This document shows positions 14,042 through 26,598 of a stretch of DNA of 64,000 nucleotides, piece by piece. The stretch lies in NCBI GenBank assembly GCA_964016885.1, contig OZ024755.1, positions 26,784,001 through 26,848,000 on the forward strand, read 5' to 3'. The position numbers and the translations under genes are program-made. Source of the stretch: Eledone cirrhosa. Its lineage: Eukaryota. The notes under the pieces are model-generated. The model did no database searches. It was not told where the DNA came from and worked only from the letters and a program-made list of their open reading frames with translations. Position 1 is the stretch's first letter; every line of letters begins with the position of its first letter.

Positions 14042-14113
<72 letters not shown>

Positions 14114-14496
14114 TCTGCCTTTTTGTAGCCCAGATAATCTTCGATTGAAAATCGAATGTAAATCGATTAAAAATCTATATATTTTTCAACAAAAGATTAC
14201 CCTGTTGTACGTTGAGACAGAACTGGCGAGTGTTGTCTATTTGTAAATGTGTGCCTATATGTGAATGGATGTGAATGTGTGTGTAACAGGGGGGGGGGGG
14301 GGGCATGGTGTGTGAATATGAACGCTGTAGTATATTTGCTGTGAATGAAACACAATGGCAATGGGTGTATATGACGGATCGATCGATCATCGATTGAAGA
14401 AAAGATGGAGGGCGTGTGTGATTTAGAATGGAATTGTTTTACTCAACAGAAGATAGGTTTTTATTTAAAGGAGATAATGGCTGGGAAAGTTGATAT

Positions 14497-14900
14497 ATGT
14501 ATGTGTGTAGGAGGTTGTGTGTGTGTGTGGTGCGTTTACGTGCGTGTGTGTGTATGTGTGTTTGTGTGTGTATGTCTTTGTGTGTGTGCGCGTGTGTGAG
14601 TGAGTGTGTTTGTATGTGCGGGTGTGTGTGTGTGTTTGTATATGTTTGTGTGTGTATGTCTTTGTGTGTGTGTGCGTGCGCGTGGCGCGTGTGTATGTGT
14701 GAGTATGTTTGTATGTGTTTGCGTGTGTGTGTGTTTGTGTGTGTGGGGGAGTGCGTGTGTGAATGTCTTTGTGTGTGTGTGTGTGTTTGTGTGCGTACGT
14801 ATGTTTGTGTGTGTATGTGTGTGCGCATGTGTGTGTGTGTGTGTATGTGTTTCTGTGTACGTGTGTGTGTGTGTGTGTGTATGTGTGGGGGGGGGGGGGT
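14497..14900. repeat. Degenerate (TG)n microsatellite
   Basis: Interrupted TG tract. Confidence 0.9.
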
Positions 14901-15395
14901 ATTTTATCGCGTCAAGGGGATGTACGATGCAAGAATATAATATTTATTGGTAAATATCCTGCTGATACAATTCTCCAGAAAAGAAGAAGCAGTTTAGCAT
15001 GAAGATAAGTTCAATGAGGTGGAATACATATGGGTACTGCAGCCTTTATTCTGACTTAGAATCTTAATATCACCAAATGGTCCATTACTTCACACAACAT
15101 GAGTACTCCCTGCCTGATATCACACAAGTTCGGTTGACCATATATTCACCGTTATGCTTTGTACCTCATCTCTCTACCAACAAAACACAGTCCCTGTCTC
15201 TTCATTTGCATTCATACGACACTTCCTTTTCCTCCAGTCTCACTGTTTCAACTATCACATCTCCTACCACATCTAACTCACTGCTGCGACTCTATCAACC
15301 AACTTACCCCCTATCCGACGGTAAATGTTTCATGTTGAGTGGATTAGCAGAGATCTCAACTTGATACCCCTCACGTCATCTATCAACGAGTTTAA

Positions 15396-15616
15396 CCCTT
15401 TAGCATTCACATTACTCTATATACACTATTGTATTTTCGCAGTAAAGGCTTTATCTCACATAATTATTCACATTGAATCTATGAGATTTTGATGATATTA
15501 TCATTTACTTTAAAAACAAGACCTTAATATCAGTATGAGTGGCTAGTTACAGCCAGTTTGAACAGAAAGAGGTGAGGGAATTCTGGCCGGATATGGCCGG
15601 TTTAAATGCTAAAGGG
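15396..15616. mobile_element. piggyBac-type MITE
   Basis: TTAA TSDs (15392-15395, 15617-15620) and 12-bp TIRs CCCTTTAGCATT / AATGCTAAAGGG. Confidence 0.85.
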
Positions 15617-15869
15617 TTAAGACGTTCATGAACATCGAGCGTTCTAGACATCTAATGGTTCTATATATTCTGATTGTTATACTGTCTCCAGCCAAGGTTC
15701 AACTGAACCCCCACTTGATCCCCGGCTCATCACAGCTGAAGACCCTGGATCTGTTTAGTAGCTGATTCCACTGGATATTTTTCTAAAACTTTTAGGACGC
15801 CTAAATATCTCCCAAGCGGAACTCTTGACATTCCATTACCTTTGATATCGTCATGAAGGTGATTGGCAA

Positions 15870-16350
15870 GGTTGGTGGTGTGGTGGTGTGGTGATGTGGT
15901 GTTGTTGGTGTGGAGGTGTGGTGGTGTGGTGATGTGATGTTGTTGGTGTGGAGGTGTGGTGGGGGGTGGGGGTGGGGGTGGGGATGATAGGGTGGGGTGG
16001 GGGGGGGCAGGATAGTAGGGTGGTGTGGTGGTGTGGTGGTGTGGTGATGTGGTGTTGCTGGTGTGGAGGTGTGGTGGTGTGATGTTGTTGGTGTGGAGGT
16101 GTGGTGGGGTGGTGGTGGTGGGGTGGTGGGGTGATGATAGGGTGGGGTGGTGTGGGTGGAGAGCAGGATAGTAGGGTGGTGTGGTGGTGTGGTGGTGTGG
16201 TGATGTGGTGTTGTTGGTGTGGAGGTGTGGTGGTGTGGTGGTATGGTGATGTGATGTTGTTGGTGTGGAGGTGTGGTGGGGTGATGATAGGGTGGAGAGC
16301 GGGATAGTAGGGTGGTGTGGTGGTGTGGTGGTGTGGTGGTGTGGTGATAT
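15870..16350. repeat. G-rich (GGTGT/GGT)n low-complexity satellite
   Basis: Higher-order repeats of GGTGTGGTGGTGT with GGATAGTAGG units; the His/Pro-rich ORF on - strand is a by-product. Confidence 0.85.
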
Positions 16351-17399
16351 GGTAGTCTAACGTTTATATTTCGACAAATTTTATATTTCGACAAATCTTC
16401 AACAACCCTCAATTCTACAAATAAAAACTCGTGTATACCAAGCAACTGTTGCTAACTTTTCCTCTCCTTTCTGTTCTCCCACCCTCACGGACACCAACAT
16501 TATTGTCTACACAACACTTCTCTCTACCATCTACTTTTTCTCCAATGTCCGTATCCGAGTGACCCTCTTCATTGTCACTCTAACTGCTAGAAATGGCAGT
16601 TAATTCTCTCACAAAGTAAACTGCCATCTTAAGTACGTTGGATTATGTTGTTTCCGTTCACTGCTCATAGGGAAACATTAGATGGTCGCGGCTGGAATGC
16701 CTTTTATTATAGATCTACTTGATCAGGACTGACTTAGGACAACAACAAAAAGACATTGCTATTATCTTTTTCGGTGTTTGTATTTGAGTCAATTTGGGGA
16801 GCCCTTCGTTTTTAACATTGTTGATATCAAATTGGTTTTCTGGTATCATGATAATTGTTATGCTGTTGCTCTCTGTTAAATACTGACTTTTTCCAATATC
16901 TCGAACTTAAAAATCGAAATTATTTAACGTTTCTCAAAGCAAAGTGTTTTAAAAAAATATTTATAAAAAAAACTGTCAAATTATTATTGTTTTTGTTTTG
17001 TTATTTATTTTACAATAAATTCATCTTAATTCACAGAAAGAAATATTGCCAAGTCATAGGCACCTTTAACAAGAAAGCAACGAGAAAATAAAAAGATAAC
17101 ATCAGACAGTAATTAAGTAATGATATGTGAGAAGAAAATTGAGGACAAATAGATTTCTGCCATTTTGATTTTTACTTTTTTTATTCTATAACAAGATTTT
17201 TTATGATGCATAGAATAACTGTGTTTGTGTATCACTCTGACCGGAGGCTAAATTATTTTTTTTTTCTTCTAGTTTTGGGTTATTTTTGTGGGACATTTTG
17301 TCTCGTTTTGTCTCGTTTTGTCTCGTTTTTACTTCCTTCTACTCAACTGTGAGGTTTTTAGTTTGGAGTAGGATAAGGATAAAGGATAAGGATAAAGAT

Positions 17400-17675
17400 C
17401 CCATAACCCCTAGTGGAGTCGTAGAGACACCGTGATACACTGTGTCTAGGGCACTTTTAAACCTGGAAGAGCCCAACCCTCTCCAAGTCTGAATACAGCC
17501 GATTTTTTTATATAGAGGAAGAATCGACCCCAGTACTGGACTGGTATTTTTTTTTTATCGACCTCGAAAGGATGAAAGGCAAAGTTGACCACGGCGGGAT
17601 TGAACTCAGAGCGTGCAATGAGGTGGGGCAAATACCGTAAGGCATTCTATCCGACGTCTTAACGACTCTGCCAAT
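17400..17675 (-). mobile_element. Meta/MESC-like SINE (extended subfamily)
   Basis: Core plus the extension shared with 7700 and 12720 copies. Confidence 0.75.
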
Positions 17676-17831
17676 TATATTCTCTAGAACTGTTGTAGCT
17701 GCTACTGCTGCTGCTGGTGCTTATTAGTTGTTGTTCTTGTTGTTGTTCCTTGTCTGTTGTTGATGGAACGTGATAACTATGATGGCTATGGCAAAATGGC
17801 TAGAAGGGTTATTTTCATTTTAGTATTGGTC

Positions 17832-17975
17832 CAGCATAGTTACGTCCCTTTACAGTCTGAATTCAAATCCCGCCGAGGTTAACTTTGCCTTTCATCCTTA
17901 CGGGGTCGATAAAATAAAGTACCAGTAATACACTGGGATAATTGCTGGCCTTGTGCCAAAAGTAGAAACAATTAT
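17832..17975 (+). mobile_element. Meta/MESC-like SINE
   Basis: B box, core and tail. Confidence 0.85.
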
Positions 17976-18645
17976 AGAAATATTGTTGTCGACGATACGA
18001 GTGAAGACGGAAGAAGTGAGAACGCTAAGGTGATGGCGACTGTAACATTTATGCTGAATGTCTATATAAGTCGTATTAGAAATATAAGCAAGAATATTAA
18101 TAGCGTTTGCACCACTAGTGTGAACAATGTAGTTTTAGTACTGATGATACTTTTAAAGTAGTATTGGTACTCATTTGAACTACTGAAAGTGTTAATATAG
18201 CGTTGTAAATGTTTTACTGTTCTCTAAAATAAGCTGCTTTAAAATTGTTTTAAAGCAGAGTTTTGAGAAGGGTCACTAACATTCAAATGTTTTTCAGACG
18301 AAATAACATTTGTTTTCTGATATAAATCAGAAAAGAGAAGACCATGAATAACAAGATATTGAATGATTTAAAAGCCGTAACAATTTTAAACTGCATTTTA
18401 ACAAATCTGTTTTATTAATGATATAGTTTAGTTTTAAAGAAGTTATTTTCATGAAGTCATTTGCTGGAGAAACAGTAAGAACTATTTCACTTTTGTACCT
18501 GTCACTCGAAAACAGGGAAGTCTCACGTATTAACTTCTGTTTTATCTTTCACGAATTTTCCACACTCTTGCTCACTCGATGTTAAAACGGCGCACAAAAG
18601 GTGTGCATCGTTTTTAATATATGTATATATATGACGCCCCCTGTA

Positions 18646-18727
<82 letters not shown>

Positions 18728-19183
18728 TCTCCAGAGCGTGAAATTAATAAACATTCGTTGTACTGCCTCTCTGTTTTGTTCCTGTTCAAATTTTTCCATT
18801 ATATATATATATATATATACACAATAAAGTATGTCCATAGAATCATTTGATAAGATATATACACCATCTCCTCTCCCAATCAGCATAATCAACCACACAA
18901 AAAAACAATTAAACGAGGCTATAAGATTAAAAGGCACCTATGAAGAAATAATAGATAAATAAACGACGCACATCTATTCGCGATCAACAGCTATAGAATA
19001 TTTACCCAGCATTTCAATAGCACGTGGAAATCGATTAAATATATCGTCAACCATACACAAAGTTAGAAGAAAAAATGTATATAAACATACCAAGATTACG
19101 TTTCTACCCCATGGGGTTTCTTTCGCTTTTGGAAATATCCGATCAGGGATAAATTCACGAGCTTCGAAATCATCAGGAAACAA

Positions 19184-19310
19184 ACTCACTTGGTCGACGA
19201 TTTTTCTTAAATGATCCCCGCCAGAAACGAATTCAAAATGGCTAAGAACTGTGACGTGGCAGTGGTCAAGTCAGAAAGAATGTGATTGGTGTCTTACGGC
19301 GAGTGGGCTG
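19184..19310 (-). promoter_or_regulatory. Putative Pol II promoter and non-coding first exon, leftward
   Basis: On - strand in order: CCAATC, CACGTCA (CRE-like), CAGTT, GCCATTTT (YY1-like), then donor AA|GTGAGT at 19190/19189; locally CpG-rich. No downstream exon identified. Confidence 0.4.
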
Positions 19311-19408
19311 GTTGCTAGAAAGCGCAGCCTAATATTGCCTAAATTGCATCTCAACCTTATGGGAGATTATCAAATATAAAGATTTACATATACACAAACT
19401 AGACAAAG

Positions 19409-19452
<44 letters not shown>

Positions 19453-19627
19453 TTGGTAACCATTCATGATGTGGCTCAGTGACGAATTAATTAATTAAAT
19501 AATCAGAGCAATATACAATAAAGTATGTCCATAGAATCATTTGATAAGATATATACACCATCTTCTCTCCCAATCAGCATAATCAACCACACAAAAAAAA
19601 CAATTAAACCAGGCTATAAGATTAAAT

Positions 19628-19685
<58 letters not shown>

Positions 19686-19825
19686 TGTATGTATGTATGT
19701 ATGTATGTATGTATAAGGATTTCTCTATAGTTGCGTTGCGTAACTATATTTATTCCCTTACAGAAACTAATTAGTTGGAGTGAAAATTTTAGTAAGTTAA
19801 TTTTAAAATTTTCTTATTTTACGTC

Positions 19826-19983
<158 letters not shown>

Positions 19984-20587
19984 ATATATATATATATGTG
20001 TGTGTATGTATGTATATATATATATGTATGTAAATATTTGTGTGTGTGTGTGTGTATAAGTACCGATTGTTATTAACTCGATTAATACTTATGGAAAGAA
20101 CGTTGTAGAATGGTAAGGAATCTAATTGCATATCTTTCCGATAATTACAGGGGAACCTAGAAACCTACTAATAAGCAACCATGGACGTTTCCCTTACGAA
20201 TTCTTCGGAGAATTCAAAGAATACATTTGAAATTAATGAAGCATATTTAACGATAAATGTTACAAAGTAAAAGTCGTTAACAAATGAAGTATTAGCTAGA
20301 GAATGAAGGCTTTTTAAAACTGATCGATAGATAGTTATATGCATGTGATCATTATGTCAAATAAGTGCTTCTTAGCAAACGACTTGGTTATAAAATTGAT
20401 TACAACCTTTGCTAATTAAACTGAGACTTTGTGTACATGTATGTATGTATGTATGTATGTATGTATGTACGTAGACATGCATGTATGTATATACGTACGT
20501 AGACATGCATGTATGTATGTGTGTGTGTGTACGTAGACATGCATGTATGTGTGTGTGTGTACGTAGACATGTATGTATGTATGTATG

Positions 20588-20621
<34 letters not shown>

Positions 20622-20896
20622 TGTATGTATGTACGTAGACATGCATGTATGTATATACGTACGTAGACATGCATGTATGTGTGTGTGTGTACGTAGACAT
20701 GTATGTATGTATGCACTCATGCATGCATGAATCTATAATGTCTATATGTATGTATGCACACATGCAGGCATGTATATGTACATTGGACTGTGTATGTATG
20801 CAAGCATATAAGTATGCATGCGTATTTATATGCACGTAGATGTACTTGTATGTATATATATATATATGTATGCACTTAGATGCATACATACATATG

Positions 20897-21388
20897 TGCA
20901 TGGTCGGGTCGTTGACAACTAAACCGGCAACCCCACCAAGCTTGCTTAGTGAGGACGGTGATTTTGGACACCCTGCAGGATGAGAAACAAAACCATTCAA
21001 ATGGCGGAGGAACACATGAGAGGCAATGGCCATCCAAGAAAGTATTTGTTTTTGTGGAGTGTGAGACTTCTAGTCTTCATTAAGACACCTCTCTAGATGG
21101 TCACTCTGATATAAAACCTGCAACTTTGTTTGCATCCAATGATGTAAACCAGTTCTTCTTTGGGGGTAAATGTATTCGATGTTCCCAGAGTGGGATAGGC
21201 CCCGTGCAAATCCTTTCCTCACCTAAAAAAGTTTTAAGCACAGGCATCGCTTGATATGTGACATGTCTTTGCGATGCATGGCATTGCTGGCCATAGGCAA
21301 GTTCCTGACGGGACTGAAGGGCCACGTCTCTGATGCTCATGGTTGAGTGTTAAGCGATGACATTATTCGAAATCGAGTTGCAGCCATC
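20897..21388 (+). mobile_element. Non-autonomous bipartite RTE-derived element, subfamily B
   Basis: Shares GGTCGGGTCGTTG.C.ACTAAAC.GGCAACCCC, CTCTGATATAA and the terminal CGAGTTGCAGCC with 21479-22080; sister copy at 47470-47860; 26-bp direct repeat at 20830-20855 and 21389-21414. Confidence 0.7.
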
Positions 21389-21478
21389 ATGCACGTAGAT
21401 GTACTTGTATGTATGTATGTATGTATGTATGTATGTATGTATGTATGTATGTATGTATGTATGTATGTATGTATGTTA

Positions 21479-22080
21479 TGTCAGGTCACCAGTTGGTGCT
21501 ACTGGTAACATGTATCCCAGTACAACCTGTCCCATGGTCGGGTCGTTGGCGACTAAACTGGCAACCCCATCAAGGTTTCTTGGTGAGGAGGGTGACTTTG
21601 GACATCCTGCAGAACTAAAAACAAAACCTGGCAAAGGAGCTCTTAAGAGTCAATGGCCATCCAAAATCACCGGGAGAGATGACCCCTTAGCCTTTGTCAA
21701 GGCAGAATTCTAGGAGAAGGAAAACTCTGATATAACACCTGCAACCCTGATGGTATCCAATGATGTTGACTTATTCTTCTTTTTGGTAAATATCATCTTG
21801 GGTTAAGAGAGTGGGACTGGCTTTGTGCAGTGCCTTTGCTCACTATAAAAGCTTCACGGCACAGGCATTGCTTTATATCTGGAGATCTCTCTACACTTGT
21901 CGTCACATGGTACCAAGGGCCCAACACTATGTGTCAATAATTGTCACAGGTGTAGTGTTTGTACCAGAGTTTTCAAGTCGCTGGCTGGACTAAAAGTCAC
22001 ACTTGTTTAGCGCATCGGTAGGGGTTCTCCTACATGGATATAAAGTAGTGGCCGTACTCGAAAACGAGTTGGCAGCCACC
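21479..22080 (+). mobile_element. Non-autonomous bipartite RTE-derived element, subfamily A, copy 1
   Basis: RTE 5' UTR-type motif GGAGAAGGAAAACTCTGA (21713-21730), 3' C2H2 remnant, (TATG)n tail. Confidence 0.75.
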
Positions 22081-22135
22081 ATGTATGTATGTATGTATGT
22101 ATGTATGTATGTATGTATGTATGTATGTATGTATG

Positions 22136-22743
22136 TGTCAGGTCACTAGTTGGTGCTACTGGTAACATGTATCCCAGTACAACCTGTCTCATGGTCGGGT
22201 CGTTGGCGACTAAACTGGCAACCCCACCAAGGTTTCTTGGTGAGGAGGGTGACTTTGGACATCCTGCAGGACTAAAAACAAAACCTGTCAAAGGGCAAAG
22301 GACCTCTTAAGAGTCAATGGCCATCCAAAATCACCGGGAGAGATGACCCCTTAGCCTTTGTCAAGGCAGAATTCTAGGAGAAGGAAAACTCTGATATAAC
22401 ACCTGCAACTCTGATAGTATTCAATGTGTTGACTTGTTCTTCTTTTTGGTAAATATCATCTTGGTTAAGAGAGTGGGACTGGCTTTGTGCAGTGCCTTTG
22501 CTCACTATAAAAACTTCATGGCACAGGCATTGCTTTATATCTGGAGATCTCTCTGCACTTGTCATCACATGGTACCAAGGGCCCAGCACTATGTGTCAAT
22601 AATTGTCACAAATGTAGTGTTTGTACCAGAGTTTTCAAGTCGCTGGCTGGACTAAAAAGTCACACTCGTTCAGCGCATCGGTAGGGGTTCTCCTACATGG
22701 ATATAAAGTAGTGGCCGTACTCAAAAACGAGTTGGCAGCCACC
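22136..22743 (+). mobile_element. Non-autonomous bipartite RTE-derived element, subfamily A, copy 2
   Basis: Highly similar to copy 1; encodes HKCSVCTRVFKSLAGLKSHTRSAHR* at 22607-22684. Confidence 0.75.
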
Positions 22744-22799
22744 ATGTATGTATGTATGTATGTATGTATGTATGTATGTATGTATGTATGTATGTATGA

Positions 22800-23481
22800 T
22801 TGTACTCAGTTTCATGCGGTCCTTGAGAGAAGTGAGTGTCGGAGCAGTGAAAGTATCATCCACCAATGTCGTTTGCGATGGACCGGAGACCTCTGCAGAA
22901 TGGAGGATGATCAAATCCCGAAATAGCTTTTGTAAAGCTCTGATTCTAAGATTGCGTAAAGGACTCATTGAAAAAAACTGGTTTGATGGACGCTAACTGG
23001 AAAATAAAAGCTCTTGAAACAGAAACTTGGCGTGGAATGGTGAATGATGGTGTCCATAATTTTGAGAACAGACGCATAGAGCACGAGAATATCAAACGGG
23101 ATGTGCGTAAGCAATGCCCTTGTGTATCTCTTGAAACGATCGGTGTCTCCATTGAATTGGTGTGCTCTGAGTGTGGAAAGGTGTGCTTGAACAAATCTGG
23201 TCTCAAGAGCCACAGTCGCAGCCATGTTCAGAAAGAATCAGTGAACTATGATCTCCACTGTATTGGAAAATGTAAAGAATGTGGCAAGGAATGTCGATCT
23301 GTAGCAGGACTGAAGCGGCATGTGAAGGTTCACAGGTAACCTGATACCAGGGAGATCCGTAGTTGTCGTCAATGTGCGAAGGAGTGCAAGTCTCTCGCAG
23401 GCTTGAAAAGCCACATCCGAGTGTCACACATGTGAATTTGACAGGCGATTGCAATACTTTTAGCAAGCGTTTGCAGCCATC
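22800..23481 (+). mobile_element. RTE/BovB-like LINE 3' fragment with three C2H2 zinc fingers
   Basis: RLRWTG..CRMEDDQIPK, W...A....WR...GV..FE..R, then CSECGK..HSRSH, CKECGK..HVKVH and, past an in-frame TAA, CRQCAK..HIRVSH; (GTAG)n tail at 23484-23603. Confidence 0.8.
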
Positions 23482-23817
23482 GTGTAGGTAGGTTGGGAGT
23501 AGGTAGGTAGGTTGGTTGGTAGGTAGATTGGTAGGTGGGTAGGTAGGTAGGTAGATAGGTTGGTAGGTAGGTAGGTAGGTAGGTAGGTAGGTAGGTAGGT
23601 AGGCCTCTGTCTCTCCCGCTCTCCCCATCTCTCACTATTAAGAGAAAATGGGAGCCCACGTATTGGCCGCCCCGTGGTCCCGGCAGACAGAATAGTATGT
23701 ATGTACAAAATCCACTCTATTATGTATTGTTACTTCCAGCTATCTATTTCTTTCGTTCATTTTTTTTTTAACTTGCAGAGATTTAATGTAGCCATAACTT
23801 AGATACATTCACTTTTA

Positions 23818-24160
<343 letters not shown>

Positions 24161-24403
24161 CTATGTGGTACATGTACGTCTCTATTCTTCTTACTCTCTC
24201 TATATTTCTCTCTAACGCTCTATCTTATATACACTGGTCGTCTGCTAAATACAAACCTTGACCACTTCAATGTACATGGTGCTCAAGTTCTGGTATGAGA
24301 TCTTAGGTGACCTTTTTTAGACCAGACATACTTTTAAAAGGCCGTCCAACATAGATTGCATATAATTTTGGTGCAGTTCGGATTGCTTGTCTATCTTGAA
24401 CTT

Positions 24404-24732
24404 TGTACCCCAGCAAGTTTAATGAAAGGTGGGTGAAAGTGGCGAGAATGGCCCGAGTGAATGGGCCTTCTCTCTATATCAGCCTGTAGGTTGAGGAAAA
24501 GGAGGAGGAGAGGTAAGGAGTACAAACTCTTCGTATTCCTGGAGTTGAGGGCTGCACATTTTTTCGGGGGTATATGTTACCCATATGAACTGTCTCCCCC
24601 TATTGGGGAAAATCGACTAACTTTTTAAATTGCATTTGTGATAACATTTTACACGTTTTTATTGTATGTAAACTTCCCCCTTTGTATTTGTCCCCTTCTT
24701 TTGTGCCCCTGTGGCTAATAAAGAAACATATC
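24404..24732 (+). mobile_element. Tx1/L1-clade LINE 3' end, 5' truncated, with TSD
   Basis: Reverse complement of the 8512 family; 12-bp TSD TATCTTGAACTT at 24392-24403 and 24729-24740. Confidence 0.8.
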
Positions 24733-24761
24733 TTGAACTTATATATCATATATAGATAGAT

Positions 24762-25325
24762 AGATATATTTCTTTATTAGCCACAGGGGCACAAAAGAAG
24801 GGGACAAATACAAAGGGGGAAGTTTACATACAATAAAAACGTGTAAAATGTTATCACAAATGGAATTTAAAAAGTTAGTCGATTTTCCCCAATAGAGGGA
24901 GACAATTTATATGGGTAACACATACCCCCGAAAAAAAATGTGCAACCCTCATCTCCAGGAGTACGAAGAGTTTGTACTCCTTTCCTCTCCTCCTCCTTTT
25001 CCTCAACCTACAGGCTGATATAGAGAGAAGGCCCATTCACTCGGGCCATTCTCGCCACTTTCACCCACCTTTCATAAAACTTGCTGGGGTACAGCACCTC
25101 TCTCTCCATCCTGATTCTTCTTCTAAAGTGGTATTTGAAAAAAAGAATCAGTTGTTGGCCGGAGAGAAAGGTGTCTGACCTCAGCCCTTTCAACCTTGTC
25201 CACCATACAACCTCTTTGGCCATAGCTATCACACAAAGGAAAACCGCCTCTCCTTCGTTTTTGAAGGAGGGTGGCGGTTTGATCATGACAATGGATTCGG
25301 TGGTCAACTGGATTGGTCCCACCCA
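24762..25325 (-). mobile_element. Tx1/L1-clade LINE 3' end
   Basis: ORF 25008-25325 is nearly identical to 8756-9079. Confidence 0.8.
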
Positions 25326-25670
25326 TGTGTATGTGTGTGTTGTGTGTATATGTATGTATATATATATATATATATATACACGGGGTAACAGATTATTGTA
25401 GTCCACTTAAGTGTAGTCCAGTTAGGGTACTCCGGGTAGTGGATGATATCAACGCTTGGCTAAGTTTGACTCAACAAGGCGTTTCCATAGTGATGTTGCG
25501 AGTACGCTGTAATTCCTATGTTGTAAACACTTGGAGTAAAGATAAATCAGGAAAGAAGAGTGACACGGTTTGCTATACAAAAAAGGTTTTTAATCTCATT
25601 GCTGACAATTGTTTCTCTGAACTGGTAGGTCTAGAGATCGCTACCCGCTTGTTTTCACGTTATTCGATCA

Positions 25671-25706
<36 letters not shown>

Positions 25707-25746
25707 AGTGTGTGTTGTGCGTATATGTGTGTGTGTGTGTATATAG

Positions 25747-25788
<42 letters not shown>

Positions 25789-25927
25789 TATATATGTAAG
25801 TGTCTGCTGTGCGTATATGTGTATATATATATACGTATATATATAATATTTGTGTGTGTGGTGTGCGTATATATGTGTGTGTGCGTATGTGCGTGCGCGC
25901 GCGCTCACGTGTCTCTGCGTGTGTGTG

Positions 25928-25972
<45 letters not shown>

Positions 25973-26391
25973 GGAAAGAAGGGGATGATGAAAACACTAT
26001 AGCAAAACAGCGACTGGCGTTTCATTTGCTATGATGTGTGTTTGTGGTGTATGTGTGTGTGTTTGTGAGAATGTATGTGTTTTTCTGTGAATGTATGTAT
26101 TTGTGTGAATGTATGTCTGTGAATGTGTATTTTTTGTAAGTGTTTCTGTGTTTGCGCGTTTATATTTATATACTCATACATATAAATGTATACATATGCA
26201 CATATACACACGCACGCACATGTACACATACGCATCAGCATGTTGGAAAAAATTCTAGCATATTTAAACGTGTCCCAGTCGATTTTTCAGCTTATCTACA
26301 ACTACGTCATCAAAGGTTTTCTCTTTGACTTAACCGGCCACACCCGGCTAGAATTCTCTCACCTCTTAAGGTATTGTTCTCAAAATAAATG

Positions 26392-26598
26392 ATTTCTTAT
26401 ATAGGCACAAGGCCAGTAATTTGGGGGGAGGGGAAAGTCGATTAAATAGACCCCAGTGCGTGACTGGTACTTTATTTTATCGACCCCGTAAGGATGAAAG
26501 GCAAAGTTAACCCCGGCGGGATTTGAACTCAGATCATAAAGGGCGGTAACTCTATGCTGCAAAGCATGGCGTCCGACCCTCTACCGATACTGCCAATC
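26392..26598 (-). mobile_element. Meta/MESC-like SINE, near full length
   Basis: A box, B box, core and tail on - strand. Confidence 0.85.

Noticed and set aside
15801-16445. His/Pro/Thr-rich 214-aa ORF
   Set aside because: Reverse translation of a GGT/GGTGT satellite, with no exon signals.
21481-21570. HDV-like ribozyme at the 5' end of the RTE-derived element
   Set aside because: P2-, P4- and CUAA-like parts are visible, but I could not build a canonical P1 or P3/L3; a covariance search is needed.
22968-23339. Host C2H2 zinc-finger gene
   Set aside because: Preceded by RTE-type motifs, followed by a retroposon tail, and lacks TGEKP linkers.
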